DNA of 64,000 nucleotides from an uncultured bacterium (lineage in GTDB: Bacteria; Oederibacteriota; Oederibacteriia; Oederibacteriales; Oederibacteriaceae). A model generated the notes under the pieces. That model was not told the DNA's origin and made no database searches. It was given only the letters and a program-made list of their open reading frames with translations. The translations under genes were made by a program, and so were the position numbers. The DNA lies in NCBI GenBank assembly GCA_965112635.1, contig OZ218778.1, positions 2,272,001-2,336,000 on the forward strand, written 5' to 3'. This document shows, piece after piece, positions 49,157 through 60,295 of this stretch (positions are counted from its first letter, which is position 1; every line of letters starts with the position of its first letter).

Positions 49157-51075
49157 CGGGATCTCTCCTGTTCTGACAGGTCCGGAAAGATCTTGCTGTC
49201 CCATATCGCTTTCAAAAGATAGCCTCTCATCTGAACATCAGGAAAGTCAAAACCCATTTTCAAGATTCTTCCGTAATATTCCATGGCCGACTTGGTTTTG
49301 TGTTCGCTGACCGCCATCTGCGCCAGCCGCTCCAAGACGCTGGCTTCCAGCAACGGGCACAAACGCATTTGTAATAATCCTTCATAATAAGAACGGGCCT
49401 TGCCGCGGTCAAAATTTAAAAGGAACGCGTCGGCCTCGTTGAGCTCTTTTAACCTTGGCGCCAAAATACCATTCTTTTCAGCCGGCAACCAGGCCAGCAT
49501 CACCGTTGATTGCTGATTTGATGCCGGGAAACGGACAAATTTTATCCCAGATAGCTTCTGACGCAAAACCGCCTCGCGTGAAGCAAAGGACACTCTAAAT
49601 ATTACATCCCTGGCGGCTTCCTTGGAGGCCCCGGGCGAACTTGTTGAAGAGGAAACAATATAGTTTTCCCAGACTGAATCAAATGGGTCAAAGCCGTTAA
49701 AATAGGCAGCCCTCCCCTTCTGGCCCAGCCGGGAGATGAACTCCCCTGCCTGTTGGGCTGGTCTGGCGTCAAGAAAACCCGTTGAAGCCGGGTCTGTGAC
49801 CGCCATGTCCAAATAACCAAGATTGGACAGGACCACTAAAACTGCTAATAAGATCATTAAGGCCGGGAATTTGACCTTGGAAAAGAACCAGGTAAATCCC
49901 AATCCCGCCGTGATAAAAACCAAAGGCATCATTCCATCCAAACGGAATATGGAGGTGCTGTTGGTGCTCAACAACCCTGGCAGGCAAAAAACAACCAACC
50001 CCAGGAGCAAGGTCGCATACGACAGCTTCTTTATATTCTTCAGGCAAAGAACGATGCCCATCAGGAAGAATATGGAGGTGACCTGGTCCAGGAAACTAAG
50101 GGTTATCCAGTCTGAAAAGAAAGAAGCCGCCAGCCTGAATAAATTACCCGCCAAATAAAGCGGGATATTTTTAGCGCTGGACAGGGACGAGTCGTTAAGC
50201 CTTAGAAAGAAAAAATGGGGCTCCCTGATGGCATAGAAAATCAGAGGGCTGATGAGAACAAGGGATAATAAAATACTGAAAGAAAGTTTAATGAAATGAT
50301 CGGGCCAAAATCTCTTGTCCAAATATTGAGCCCAGAAAAAATACAAAACGATGAAGATAAAGATGGCCCAAAATGCGGTGTAACTGTAAAAACCCAGGCC
50401 CAGGCTTATCCCCAGCAGGACAAATTGGGACCAATGATGTTTGGTGAATGCTTTGGCCAGAAAATAGAGGCTGATGGTCACGAACAAAGGGCAGCAAACC
50501 GAGTAAATGGCAATGGTGCTGAATAGCGCCGGCCACCATCCGCAGGCCATAAAAAAAGCCGTTCCCAAAGCAACCGGCCAGCCGAACAACTGCTTGGCCA
50601 GGAACAGGCAGGTTACAAAAAACAAAAAACCGAATTTCATGGAGGTAAATCTGAGGATGGCAAAGTCGGGGGAAGTTATTCTTTCATAAAAAGCGGCCAG
50701 ATAATGATACAAAGGCACCCGGCCGCCCCAGGGCAAGAACACAGGCAGATAGCCGTGGTTGCGGCTGATCTCCAGAGAATCCCACCCTTCCATACTTTCA
50801 TCGCCGTAAGGAAAGGACAGGTAATATTTAAACCGGTATAGCCGAACCAGGAAAAATATGGCCAATACCGCGAACCACATCCAGCCTTGGCGCGGCCATG
50901 AGGGATTGAGGCCTTCTGATGGGCCGGCAGAACGCCAAACAAGCCAAACACCCAGCCCAAAAGAGATCAAAGCCGCGCTGACCCAGGCGCTTTGGCCAAA
51001 ACTTTGGGCTAGACAAACAAAGGCCTGTCCTAAAACAAGGAATAAAAGGGCGGACAATACACGGGTGCGGCTCAA
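49153..51075 (-). CDS. GT-C fold glycosyltransferase (GT39/ArnT-like), paralog of 41687..43447
   Basis: GDE motif; LPVFLPWGGR shared with the paralog; multi-TM. Confidence 0.78.
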   Translation of the reverse strand: MSRTRVLSALLFLVLGQAFVCLAQSFGQSAWVSAALISFGLGVWLVWRSAGPSEGLNPSWPRQGWMWFAVLAIFFLVRLYRFKYYLSFPYGDESMEGWDSLEISRNHGYLPVFLPWGGRVPLYHYLAAFYERITSPDFAILRFTSMKFGFLFFVTCLFLAKQLFGWPVALGTAFFMACGWWPALFSTIAIYSVCCPLFVTISLYFLAKAFTKHHWSQFVLLGISLGLGFYSYTAFWAIFIFIVLYFFWAQYLDKRFWPDHFIKLSFSILLSLVLISPLIFYAIREPHFFFLRLNDSSLSSAKNIPLYLAGNLFRLAASFFSDWITLSFLDQVTSIFFLMGIVLCLKNIKKLSYATLLLGLVVFCLPGLLSTNSTSIFRLDGMMPLVFITAGLGFTWFFSKVKFPALMILLAVLVVLSNLGYLDMAVTDPASTGFLDARPAQQAGEFISRLGQKGRAAYFNGFDPFDSVWENYIVSSSTSSPGASKEAARDVIFRVSFASREAVLRQKLSGIKFVRFPASNQQSTVMLAWLPAEKNGILAPRLKELNEADAFLLNFDRGKARSYYEGLLQMRLCPLLEASVLERLAQMAVSEHKTKSAMEYYGRILKMGFDFPDVQMRGYLLKAIWDSKIFPDLSEQERSR

Positions 51076-51365
51076 GATATAATGGTCCCCTTTTTACCTT
51101 CCTCAACATAGTTCATTTCAAGTTCAAAAATGGCTTTATTGATAAAATCGCTTTCTCTCTCCGAAAGGTTCCCCGAGCTTTTTCCCCTGAGCATCCGGAC
51201 CATATCGATGGTCAAGCGCGCTTGCTCCAAGTCCCGCTGGACCTCCCCGGTGAGGGGATTGGGAACCTTGCCCAATTGCATATACGCGGCGCTCTGCAAA
51301 GAAACCACCAGGCTTAAAAACATCTCCTTAAAGTGTTCTTTTTCATCTTTTGTCTCTTCTAGCAT
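51072..51365 (-). CDS. DUF1844 domain protein
   Basis: LG...NP.TG....DL..AR..ID...L..K..GNL...E. Confidence 0.88.
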   Translation of the reverse strand: MLEETKDEKEHFKEMFLSLVVSLQSAAYMQLGKVPNPLTGEVQRDLEQARLTIDMVRMLRGKSSGNLSERESDFINKAIFELEMNYVEEGKKGTIIS

Positions 51366-51389
51366 AGATACCCTCCTTGACAGGAAAAA

Positions 51390-52411
51390 TCACTTAAACC
51401 ACGCTAGTAGTATAGCAATCAAAGCGAAAAAACTGCAGGCAATATAGACCCGGCCGACAGCTTGCCGGGGCGTCAATCCCCTGGAAAGCAGGCGGTGGTG
51501 GATATGCGTTTTGTCCGGTTTGGATAAAGGATTGCCTTTTAAAAGCCTGTTTAAAATAACCCAAAAAGCGTCCAGGATCGGGATAGCCAACACTAAAAAC
51601 GGGATGAACACCGACACGGTGGCCGTGGTCTTGAAAGCGCCCAGCAAAGCGATGGCGCTCAGGATATATCCCAAGAACAGGGAGCCTCCGTCACCCATGA
51701 AAATGGTAGCCGGGGAAAAATTAAATTTTAAAAAACCCAGGCTGGCTCCAGCCAGGCCGCAGGATAAAAGCGCGGTAAAGGTCAAATGGCCCAAGTTTTC
51801 TGGTGAGGCATGGGTTTTCAAAATAAGGGACACCGCGAAAAAAGTCACCCCCCCGATAAAAGCAACGCCGGCCGCCAAACCGTCCAGGCCGTCGATGAAG
51901 TTAAAGGCGTTCAAAAGGGCCACGACCCAGAACAAGGTCAGGACGGTCGTTCCAAAACTGTTCAACACGATATCGTGCCCGGTAAAGGGGTTGGTAAAGC
52001 CGCTGATCTTTATTCCGAACGACATGAGCAGGACCACCGCCAGGATCTGCACCAAAAGTTTCAACTTCGGCGGGAGGGGCCTGAAGTCGTCGTAAAGGCC
52101 CAGGGCCATGATGACCAAGCTTCCCAAAAAAATACCCGTGAACTCAAACGCCAATTGGCAGTCGTCGTAGCTGACCAACCGCCTGAATTTGGCAGATAAG
52201 CCGAGCCACAACCCAAAGGTAAGGAAAAATGACAGAAAAAGGGCCATCCCTCCCCAGCGGCTGACGACTTTCTGGTGGACCTTTCTCCTGTCCGGCCTGT
52301 CAATGACTCCGAGTCTTTTGGCCAGACGCCTGACGCCGGGGGTGAGGAGAAACGACAAAAAAAGGGACGCTAGAAAAGTGGCGAAATACAGGAATAGGTA
52401 TTGATGCCCGG

Positions 52412-52439
<28 letters not shown>
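51390..52439 (-). CDS. wecA: undecaprenyl-phosphate GlcNAc-1-phosphate transferase (MraY/WecA family)
   Basis: [28 protein letters not shown]. Confidence 0.92.
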
Positions 52440-53647
<1,208 letters not shown>

Positions 53648-53648
53648 G

Positions 53649-54119
53649 TTACTTGGCTCCTCTCTCTTTCAATATTTTCTTCTCGATCTCCCCTATTTTC
53701 TTCAGCCGCCTCACATGGCGCTCTTCATTGGAAAACGGCGTCTTCACCCAGATACCGGCTATCTGCTTGGCCTCTTCCACGTTAAGGATCCTGCCGGCAA
53801 GCACGAGAATATTAGCGTCGTTATGGCTGCGGCTCATTTGAGCCATAAAGGGGTTTAAACATAAAGCAGCGCGTATCCCCGGGACTTTATTGGCCACAAT
53901 GTCCTGTCCGATACCGGTGCCACAGAACAAAATACCGGCATCATACTTTTTTTCCGCCACGGCCACGGCAACCTCATAAGCTTTATCGGGATAATCACAG
54001 GGATTATCATTAAAAACCCCAAAATCCTTGATCTCAAACCCCATCTCGGCCAACAACTTTTTTATGGCTTCTTTCAAAGAATAACCCGCATGGTCCGCGC
54101 CCAGCGCGATAGATTTCAT
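53649..54119 (-). CDS. rpiB: ribose-5-phosphate isomerase B
   Basis: DHAG, DYPD, CGTGIG, HNDAN, RH.RR. Confidence 0.96.
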   Translation of the reverse strand: MKSIALGADHAGYSLKEAIKKLLAEMGFEIKDFGVFNDNPCDYPDKAYEVAVAVAEKKYDAGILFCGTGIGQDIVANKVPGIRAALCLNPFMAQMSRSHNDANILVLAGRILNVEEAKQIAGIWVKTPFSNEERHVRRLKKIGEIEKKILKERGAK

Positions 54120-54787
54120 TTTGTTCCGGCTCCTGATTTAATTTTTTTTATCTGCCTTTGTGTGACGACCCCTGCCCTTAAAATTCCCTCAAAAGACGGG
54201 GTCCACTGGTACACCGTGGAAACACGGCCATATCTGACTCGCCCGCCGTCCAGGACCAAAGGAACATATCTTCCCAACTGGCTGACAACCTCTCCTGCTG
54301 TTCGGGCTTCTTGTCGGCCGCTTTTGTTGGCGCTGGTCAATATTAGCGGTTTTTTGAACATCCTAGAGATACACAAAGCCAAGATGTTTGCCGGATACCG
54401 TAATCCCACCGTCTTTCCCGGATCCTTGCGATCCGGCAAAACCAGCGTCAAGGGACCCGGCCAAAAACACTCCATCATTTTTTTAATGAACAAAGGAACG
54501 GGACCGCATAATTCTAGAGCCTGCTTCCGGCTATGGACCAACAAAGCAGAAGGTTTATTTTTTGCTCTGCCTTTAGCGTTATAAAGTTTCCTTTGGGCGC
54601 GAGGCAAACCAAAGGCCGCTGCCACACCGTAAACGGTTTCAGTGGGGAACGCTACAATTTCCCCTTTTTTTAGCAAGGCCACGCATTGCTTAATGACGAA
54701 TCTCGGAGGATTCGCCGGATCAACCTTAACGACTTGGGGAAAAACGCTATTTTTTGTATTTGAACTTTTGCTCAATATATTTGGCAT
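54116..54787 (-). CDS. tsaC: L-threonylcarbamoyladenylate synthase (Sua5/YrdC)
   Basis: PTETVYG, KGR...KP, WPGPLT, TSAN.SG. Confidence 0.94.
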   Translation of the reverse strand: MPNILSKSSNTKNSVFPQVVKVDPANPPRFVIKQCVALLKKGEIVAFPTETVYGVAAAFGLPRAQRKLYNAKGRAKNKPSALLVHSRKQALELCGPVPLFIKKMMECFWPGPLTLVLPDRKDPGKTVGLRYPANILALCISRMFKKPLILTSANKSGRQEARTAGEVVSQLGRYVPLVLDGGRVRYGRVSTVYQWTPSFEGILRAGVVTQRQIKKIKSGAGTK

Positions 54788-55289
54788 ACCCCAACTTATT
54801 CAGCTCTTCCCCTTTTTGCATGGTCTTTTGGGCGAGTTTCTTTTTGTAACTTTCCAAGGAAGTTTTAAGGGAGGACTGTTTTTTACTTAACATCTGCACC
54901 GCTAAAACCCCGGCATTCACGGCTCCGCTGATGCCAAGTCCTGTAACGGCCACTGGGACCCCCGCGGGCATTTGCACCATGGACAACAGGGAGTCCAAAC
55001 CACCCATGACAGGGGTCATCATGGCTACGCCAATGACAGGCAAAACGGTCTCAGCCGCGATAACTCCGGCCAAATGGGCTGCCCCGCCTGCCCCGGCGAT
55101 AATAATTTCTACCCCGCTCTTTTCGGCCTCTTGGATGATTTGGCGTGTGGCCTGGGGAGAACGGTGCGCGGAAGTGATGGTCATGATATAAGGGATCTTG
55201 AACTCTTCCAACACCAAGACAGCTTCCTGCATCACCGGCAGATCAGAGTCGCTGCCCATCACGATTAATACTAATGGTTTTTCTGCCAT
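54747..55289 (-). CDS. purE: N5-carboxyaminoimidazole ribonucleotide mutase
   Basis: MGSDSD, SAHRSP, AAHLAG, VQMP.GVPVA. Confidence 0.97.
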   Translation of the reverse strand: MAEKPLVLIVMGSDSDLPVMQEAVLVLEEFKIPYIMTITSAHRSPQATRQIIQEAEKSGVEIIIAGAGGAAHLAGVIAAETVLPVIGVAMMTPVMGGLDSLLSMVQMPAGVPVAVTGLGISGAVNAGVLAVQMLSKKQSSLKTSLESYKKKLAQKTMQKGEELNKLGYAKYIEQKFKYKK

Positions 55290-55322
55290 AAACCTCCCCC
55301 CTGAACAGATTTGCTTTTGGCT

Positions 55323-56597
55323 TTACCGCTGGAGATTTAATCTATGGGCGATATCTTTTCGGAAATGCATCCCTTCAAACGAGATCCCTTTTACGGCCTG
55401 ATAGGCTTGGTTCAAAGCTTCACGATGGCTTTCTCCCCAGGCACTGACCGTCAACACCCTTCCTCCAGCAGTAAGAATTTTACCATCTTTAGCGACAGTG
55501 CCGGCATGAAAAACTGCGGTTTGGGGGATATTTTTCACGGTTTCAAGACCAAATATTTCTTTGCCCACTTCATACAGTCCGGGGTATCCATGGGAGGCTA
55601 GCACGACGCAAACGCATGCCTCAAAAGCCGTTTCCAAAGTAACCTCTGCAAGACGGCCTTCAACGGTATCCAGCATCAGGCCGGCTAGATCGTTTTTAAG
55701 AAGCGGGAGAACGGCCTGGGCTTCCGGATCGCCAAAGCGGACATTGAACTCGATGACTTTGGGTCCTTGAGGCGTGATCATCAAACCCACATACAACAGG
55801 CCTTGGTAAGGGATGCCTTCTTTGGCCATCCCTTCCACCAAAGGCTTAATGATCTTTTGTTCAACGATTTTGGCGACAGCGGGGGTCACCACGGGCGCGG
55901 GGCTGTAGGCGCCCATGCCGCCCGTGTTGGGTCCTTGGTCCCCGTCCAACGCCCGCTTGTGGTCTTGGGCGGATGGCAAAACCTTGAAATCCTTGCCGTC
56001 CACCAGGGCGAGCACCGTAGCCTCTTCCCCTTCCAAATACTCCTCCACCAGCACCGTATCGCCTGCCGAGCTGAAAACTTTTTCGGTCATGGCCTGATCC
56101 AGGGCCTGGTGGGCCTGTTCACGGGTCTGGCACACGGTCACCCCTTTGCCCTGGGCCAGCCCGTCGGCCTTGATCACCATGGGTAAAGGATGATGCGCGG
56201 CGTAACTTTTCGCCTGCTTCACGTCCGTGAAAGTCTCGCAGAAACCGGTCGGAATTTTGTATTTTTTCATGATCTCTTTGGCGAACAGCTTGCTGGATTC
56301 CAGTTTGGAAGCGGCTTGGGACGGGCCGAAGACCAGTTGGCCGTTTTTCCTGATGGCATCGGACAGGCCCAGGGCCAAAGGCGCTTCGGGACCGACGATG
56401 GTCAGGTCTATTTTCTCTGCTTTGACCCAGTCAGCCATCTTTTGTATTTGTTCGGTCTTGATGGGAATGCACTGGGCCAGCTCGGCTATGCCCGGGTTGC
56501 CCGGAGCCGCATAAAGGTTTTTAACTTTTACGCTCTGCGACAGCTTCCAGGCCAGCACATGTTCTCTGGCCCCGCCGCCGACCACCAGAACCTTCAT
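55323..56597 (-). CDS. purD: phosphoribosylamine--glycine ligase
   Basis: GGGAREH, GPEAPL, KADGLA.GKGV, NTGGMG, RFGDPE. Confidence 0.98.
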   Translation of the reverse strand: MKVLVVGGGAREHVLAWKLSQSVKVKNLYAAPGNPGIAELAQCIPIKTEQIQKMADWVKAEKIDLTIVGPEAPLALGLSDAIRKNGQLVFGPSQAASKLESSKLFAKEIMKKYKIPTGFCETFTDVKQAKSYAAHHPLPMVIKADGLAQGKGVTVCQTREQAHQALDQAMTEKVFSSAGDTVLVEEYLEGEEATVLALVDGKDFKVLPSAQDHKRALDGDQGPNTGGMGAYSPAPVVTPAVAKIVEQKIIKPLVEGMAKEGIPYQGLLYVGLMITPQGPKVIEFNVRFGDPEAQAVLPLLKNDLAGLMLDTVEGRLAEVTLETAFEACVCVVLASHGYPGLYEVGKEIFGLETVKNIPQTAVFHAGTVAKDGKILTAGGRVLTVSAWGESHREALNQAYQAVKGISFEGMHFRKDIAHRLNLQR

Positions 56598-56752
56598 GAC
56601 CTTCCCTCTTCCTGTTTGCTTTTCACAAAAGGCTTTCTGCCCTGCGATGGCTTAACATTTTTTGACTTCAGGGAAAACTGGATTGTTTCCCGGTGCAGCA
56701 CAGGCTTCCCTCTTTGCCTTAGATTAATATTTCTAAAAACCTGATTTTTCAT
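56594..56752 (-). CDS. possible 52-aa basic small protein between purH and purD
   Basis: ATG..TGA ORF nearly filling the gap, with ATGA overlap onto the purD start; no clear SD. Confidence 0.35.
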   Translation of the reverse strand: MKNQVFRNINLRQRGKPVLHRETIQFSLKSKNVKPSQGRKPFVKSKQEEGRS

Positions 56753-56766
56753 GAAGTACAGCCCGT

Positions 56767-58332
56767 CTAATGCCGGAAATGCCTGATGCCGGTAAAGACC
56801 ATAGCCAGGCCGTGTTCGTCAGCGGCTTTGATGGACTCCGCGTCCCGCATTGACCCCCCCGGCTGGATGATGGCTTTGATGCCTGCCTTGGCGGCTGCGT
56901 CCACATTGTCGCGGAACGGGAAAAAAGCGTCGGAAGCCAATACCGCGCCTTGCGCTTTAGCCCCCGCTTGCCTGGAGGCGATCTCCACGGAACCCACCCG
57001 GTTCATCTGCCCAGCCCCCACTCCCACGGTGGCCCGGCCTTTGGCAAAGACAATGGCGTTGGACTTGACGTATTTGGCGACCTTCCAGGCAAAAATAAGG
57101 TCCTTCATTTGCTCATCGGTCGGGGCAACCTTGGTCACCACTTTAAGCGAGGTTTTATCTAAGGTCAGCGAATCGTTATCCTGCAATAAAAGCCCGCCTG
57201 ATATTTTTTTGAAGGCAAGGCTTGCGGGGTCCACGGGCCGATGAAGATCGCCTATGCTCAAAACACGCAAGTCCTTTTTGGCGCGGAAAATATCAAGGGC
57301 CGCTGGGTCAAAAGAGGGGGCAATGATAGCTTCGAAAAAACCAATGGTCTTGACCATATTGTCGGCCAGGCGGCCATCCACATTGCGGTTAACGCTGAGG
57401 ATACCCCCAAAAGCGGAGGTGGGGTCGCAGACATAGGCCTTTTGAAAAGCATCGACAAGGTCGTCGGAACTGGCTACGCCGCAGGGGTTATTATGTTTGA
57501 TAATGACCACGGCAGGCTCCTCAAATTCCTTGATAATATCCAGAGCGCTTTCTAAATCAACGATATTATTATAGGAAAGCTCTTTGCCGTGCAGTTGGAC
57601 TGCATTGGTTAAACTAGGCCCTTTGACTCCAAATTCAGAGTAAAAGGCGGCTTTTTGATGTGGGTTTTCTCCATACCGCAAATCTTGTTTTTTTTGGAAA
57701 GTTAAATGAAGCACCTGCGGTAACGGGTCGGCCTTACCCGTGAGTTGTGAGGCAAGATAATTGTGGACCGCGGTATCATACTCGGAGGTTAACTTAAAGG
57801 TCTCGACAGCCAATCTTTTGCGAAGCCCTTCCCCAATGGACCCATGATTTTCCTGAAGCTCCTTGATGACCTCCTGGTAAAACTTGGGGTGCGGAACTAC
57901 TACGACGCTTTGGAAATTTTTTGAGGCTGACCTGAGCATGGCCGGGCCGCCGATATCAATATTTTCAATGGCCTCCTCCAAAGTAACCCCCGGCTTTTTC
58001 ACGGTTTCCTGAAAAGGGTACAAGTTGACCACGACCATATCGATCGGAAGGATATTATTATCTTTCATCGCTTTCTCATGGTCGGGTTTGCCGCGTATGG
58101 CCAACAGCCCCCCATGAATGACCGGATGGAGCGTTTTGACCCGGCCGTCCATCATTTCAGGATATCCTGTGACTTGGGATACGTCCGTGACCGCCAGCCC
58201 CGCTTTTTTTATAAAATTGGCGGTACCACCAGTGGAAATAATGGTGGCGCGAAAGCGGACCAATTCTTTCAGTAGGTCGCCGAGCCCGTCCTTATTAAAA
58301 ACACTGACTAATGCACGCTGGATTTTGACCAT
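56767..58332 (-). CDS. purH: bifunctional AICAR transformylase / IMP cyclohydrolase
   Basis: [29 protein letters not shown], ends RHFRH. Confidence 0.98.
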   Translation of the reverse strand: MVKIQRALVSVFNKDGLGDLLKELVRFRATIISTGGTANFIKKAGLAVTDVSQVTGYPEMMDGRVKTLHPVIHGGLLAIRGKPDHEKAMKDNNILPIDMVVVNLYPFQETVKKPGVTLEEAIENIDIGGPAMLRSASKNFQSVVVVPHPKFYQEVIKELQENHGSIGEGLRKRLAVETFKLTSEYDTAVHNYLASQLTGKADPLPQVLHLTFQKKQDLRYGENPHQKAAFYSEFGVKGPSLTNAVQLHGKELSYNNIVDLESALDIIKEFEEPAVVIIKHNNPCGVASSDDLVDAFQKAYVCDPTSAFGGILSVNRNVDGRLADNMVKTIGFFEAIIAPSFDPAALDIFRAKKDLRVLSIGDLHRPVDPASLAFKKISGGLLLQDNDSLTLDKTSLKVVTKVAPTDEQMKDLIFAWKVAKYVKSNAIVFAKGRATVGVGAGQMNRVGSVEIASRQAGAKAQGAVLASDAFFPFRDNVDAAAKAGIKAIIQPGGSMRDAESIKAADEHGLAMVFTGIRHFRH

Positions 58333-58950
58333 TTAAGCTCCCTTAATCCCAATAATAACTTTTTTGCCGCTGATCTTTATCCTGTTTTCAGAGAAATAAG
58401 AAATAGCTTCCGAATAAATTTTATGTTCTTGTTCCAGTATCCGGTCGGACAAAGTCTCTTCTGAATCATTATCTTTAACTTCAACGGCCCTCTGGATAAT
58501 AATAGGGCCCGCGTCTAATTCCACATTAACAACATGGACAGTGCATCCGCTGACCTTAACGCCCGACTCCAACGCTTGCCGCTGGGCGTGTAGCCCCTTG
58601 AATGAAGGAAGCAAAGCAGGATGGATGTTCAATATTTTATTGGGGAAACCCTGGACCAATACCTTAGTGACGATTTTCATATATCCGGCTAAGCAGACCA
58701 GCTCAACCTTTTCCTTCTGAAGCACTGACAAGATTTGCCGGTCATAATCCTCGCGGATTTGGCTGGCTTGAGGAACGATAAAAACGCTTTTTATTCCATG
58801 ATCAGCGGCCTTTTTTAATAATGGGGCGTCTTTTTTGTCGCTGATCACAACAGCGATACGGGCATCCAGAGACTTTTTATCTATATTTTGCAGGATGGCA
58901 TCAAAATTGGAACCCCTGCCTGACCCTAAAACACCCAATGTGATCGGCAT
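58333..58950 (-). CDS. purN: phosphoribosylglycinamide formyltransferase
   Basis: SGRGSN, LAGYM, NIHPALLP, G.TVH.V...LD.GPI. Confidence 0.97.
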   Translation of the reverse strand: MPITLGVLGSGRGSNFDAILQNIDKKSLDARIAVVISDKKDAPLLKKAADHGIKSVFIVPQASQIREDYDRQILSVLQKEKVELVCLAGYMKIVTKVLVQGFPNKILNIHPALLPSFKGLHAQRQALESGVKVSGCTVHVVNVELDAGPIIIQRAVEVKDNDSEETLSDRILEQEHKIYSEAISYFSENRIKISGKKVIIGIKGA

Positions 58951-59043
58951 ATTCTTGCTTATCCATCTTTGGAAGGATGCGGAAATTTAAACAGTGAATA
59001 TTATATTGAGGTTTTGGAAATTTGCCAGTCTGCGGGAAAGAAA

Positions 59044-60249
59044 TTATCCCTTTTTGAAAACGGTTTTCCCGCCGACTATGGTGCGGATCACGTTGAACTG
59101 CTTGTCCAGGACCACCAAGTCGGCGTCATGGCCAGGGAGGATCTGGCCTTTATGGTCATGGATACCCATAATACGCGCCGGGACAAAAGAGGCCATACGT
59201 AAGGCGTCCGCAGGTGGAGTGCCAATCTGTTTTACCAAGGTCTGGACGGTTTGATTCATGCGGATCACGCTGCTGGCGTAGCCTGTGCCTTCGGGAACTA
59301 CAGCCATACCGTTTTTAACGATAACTTTTTTCCCGTCCTTTGGTCCGAAAGCATAAACACCTGGAGGCATACCAGCTCCCCTCATGGCATCCGTAATGGT
59401 GCAAACCTTGTCCCATCCCTTGGCTTTGATGGCCAGACTCATGAAATAAGGATGAACATGGAGCCCATCAGCAATAATTTCTGCAGTTATATCCGGCCTG
59501 ACCAGGATGGTCTCCAAAACCCCCGGGATGCGGCTTGGACCTTTTTTTACCGCCCTGGACATTGCATTGAAAAGATGTGTGGAATGGGTCATCCCGGCCT
59601 TGATCCCTTTATCCACAACCTTGTAATCTGCGCCAGAATGTCCGACAGCCACTACGGCGCCGTGCTTCCTAAATAACCGGGTTGTTTCTAAAGCATACGG
59701 GATCTCAGGAGAAAGCGAAACCCTGCTGATGATATCGGCGTATCTCAACATGGCCCGTACTTCTCGGGGCGACGGATTCCTGACATATTCGGGAAGATGA
59801 CAACCCTTATACTCCATGTTAAAAAAAGGTCCCTCCAGATGGACCCCGAGTACCTGAGCGCCATAACCTGATTTTTTCTTTAAAATACGGGCTGTAGCTA
59901 ATACCTTGAGGATCTTATCCAATGGGGCCGCGGCCGTAGTGGCCAAGAGGCTTGTCGTTCCTCCGGCAGCGTGATATCGGCAAATATTGATAAAACTGTG
60001 TTGGTCGCCATCCATAAAATCGCTGCCAAGCCCTCCATGTATATGTAAATCAATAAAACCAGGAGTGACGATAGCGTCCTCGAATTGCATGGTGTCGCGG
60101 CGGCCCTTTCCTCGCGAAAACAATTCAGCTCTGTCTGAAAAATCAAGGTTTTCGATAATGCCGCCATTAATAGTAATCATACCTGCCCTAAAAGCACCCT
60201 CTGGTTGAAGGATATTTTTACTGAATATCCTAAAAGTTTTTTTTCCCAT
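59044..60249 (-). CDS. nagA: N-acetylglucosamine-6-phosphate deacetylase
   Basis: PGFIDLHIHG, HLEGPF, THLFNAM, DGLHVH, TDA. Confidence 0.94.
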   Translation of the reverse strand: MGKKTFRIFSKNILQPEGAFRAGMITINGGIIENLDFSDRAELFSRGKGRRDTMQFEDAIVTPGFIDLHIHGGLGSDFMDGDQHSFINICRYHAAGGTTSLLATTAAAPLDKILKVLATARILKKKSGYGAQVLGVHLEGPFFNMEYKGCHLPEYVRNPSPREVRAMLRYADIISRVSLSPEIPYALETTRLFRKHGAVVAVGHSGADYKVVDKGIKAGMTHSTHLFNAMSRAVKKGPSRIPGVLETILVRPDITAEIIADGLHVHPYFMSLAIKAKGWDKVCTITDAMRGAGMPPGVYAFGPKDGKKVIVKNGMAVVPEGTGYASSVIRMNQTVQTLVKQIGTPPADALRMASFVPARIMGIHDHKGQILPGHDADLVVLDKQFNVIRTIVGGKTVFKKG

Positions 60250-60295
60250 TTTTTACCAACCTCCCGAATGTATTAACACAGAAAACAATTTCTCC

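Noticed and set aside
58951-59043. ZTP or purine riboswitch upstream of purN (a GACTGGC motif is present)
   Set aside because: The motif lies upstream of the TATAAT box, the leader is too short, and the 3' CGCCTGGGCA element is absent.
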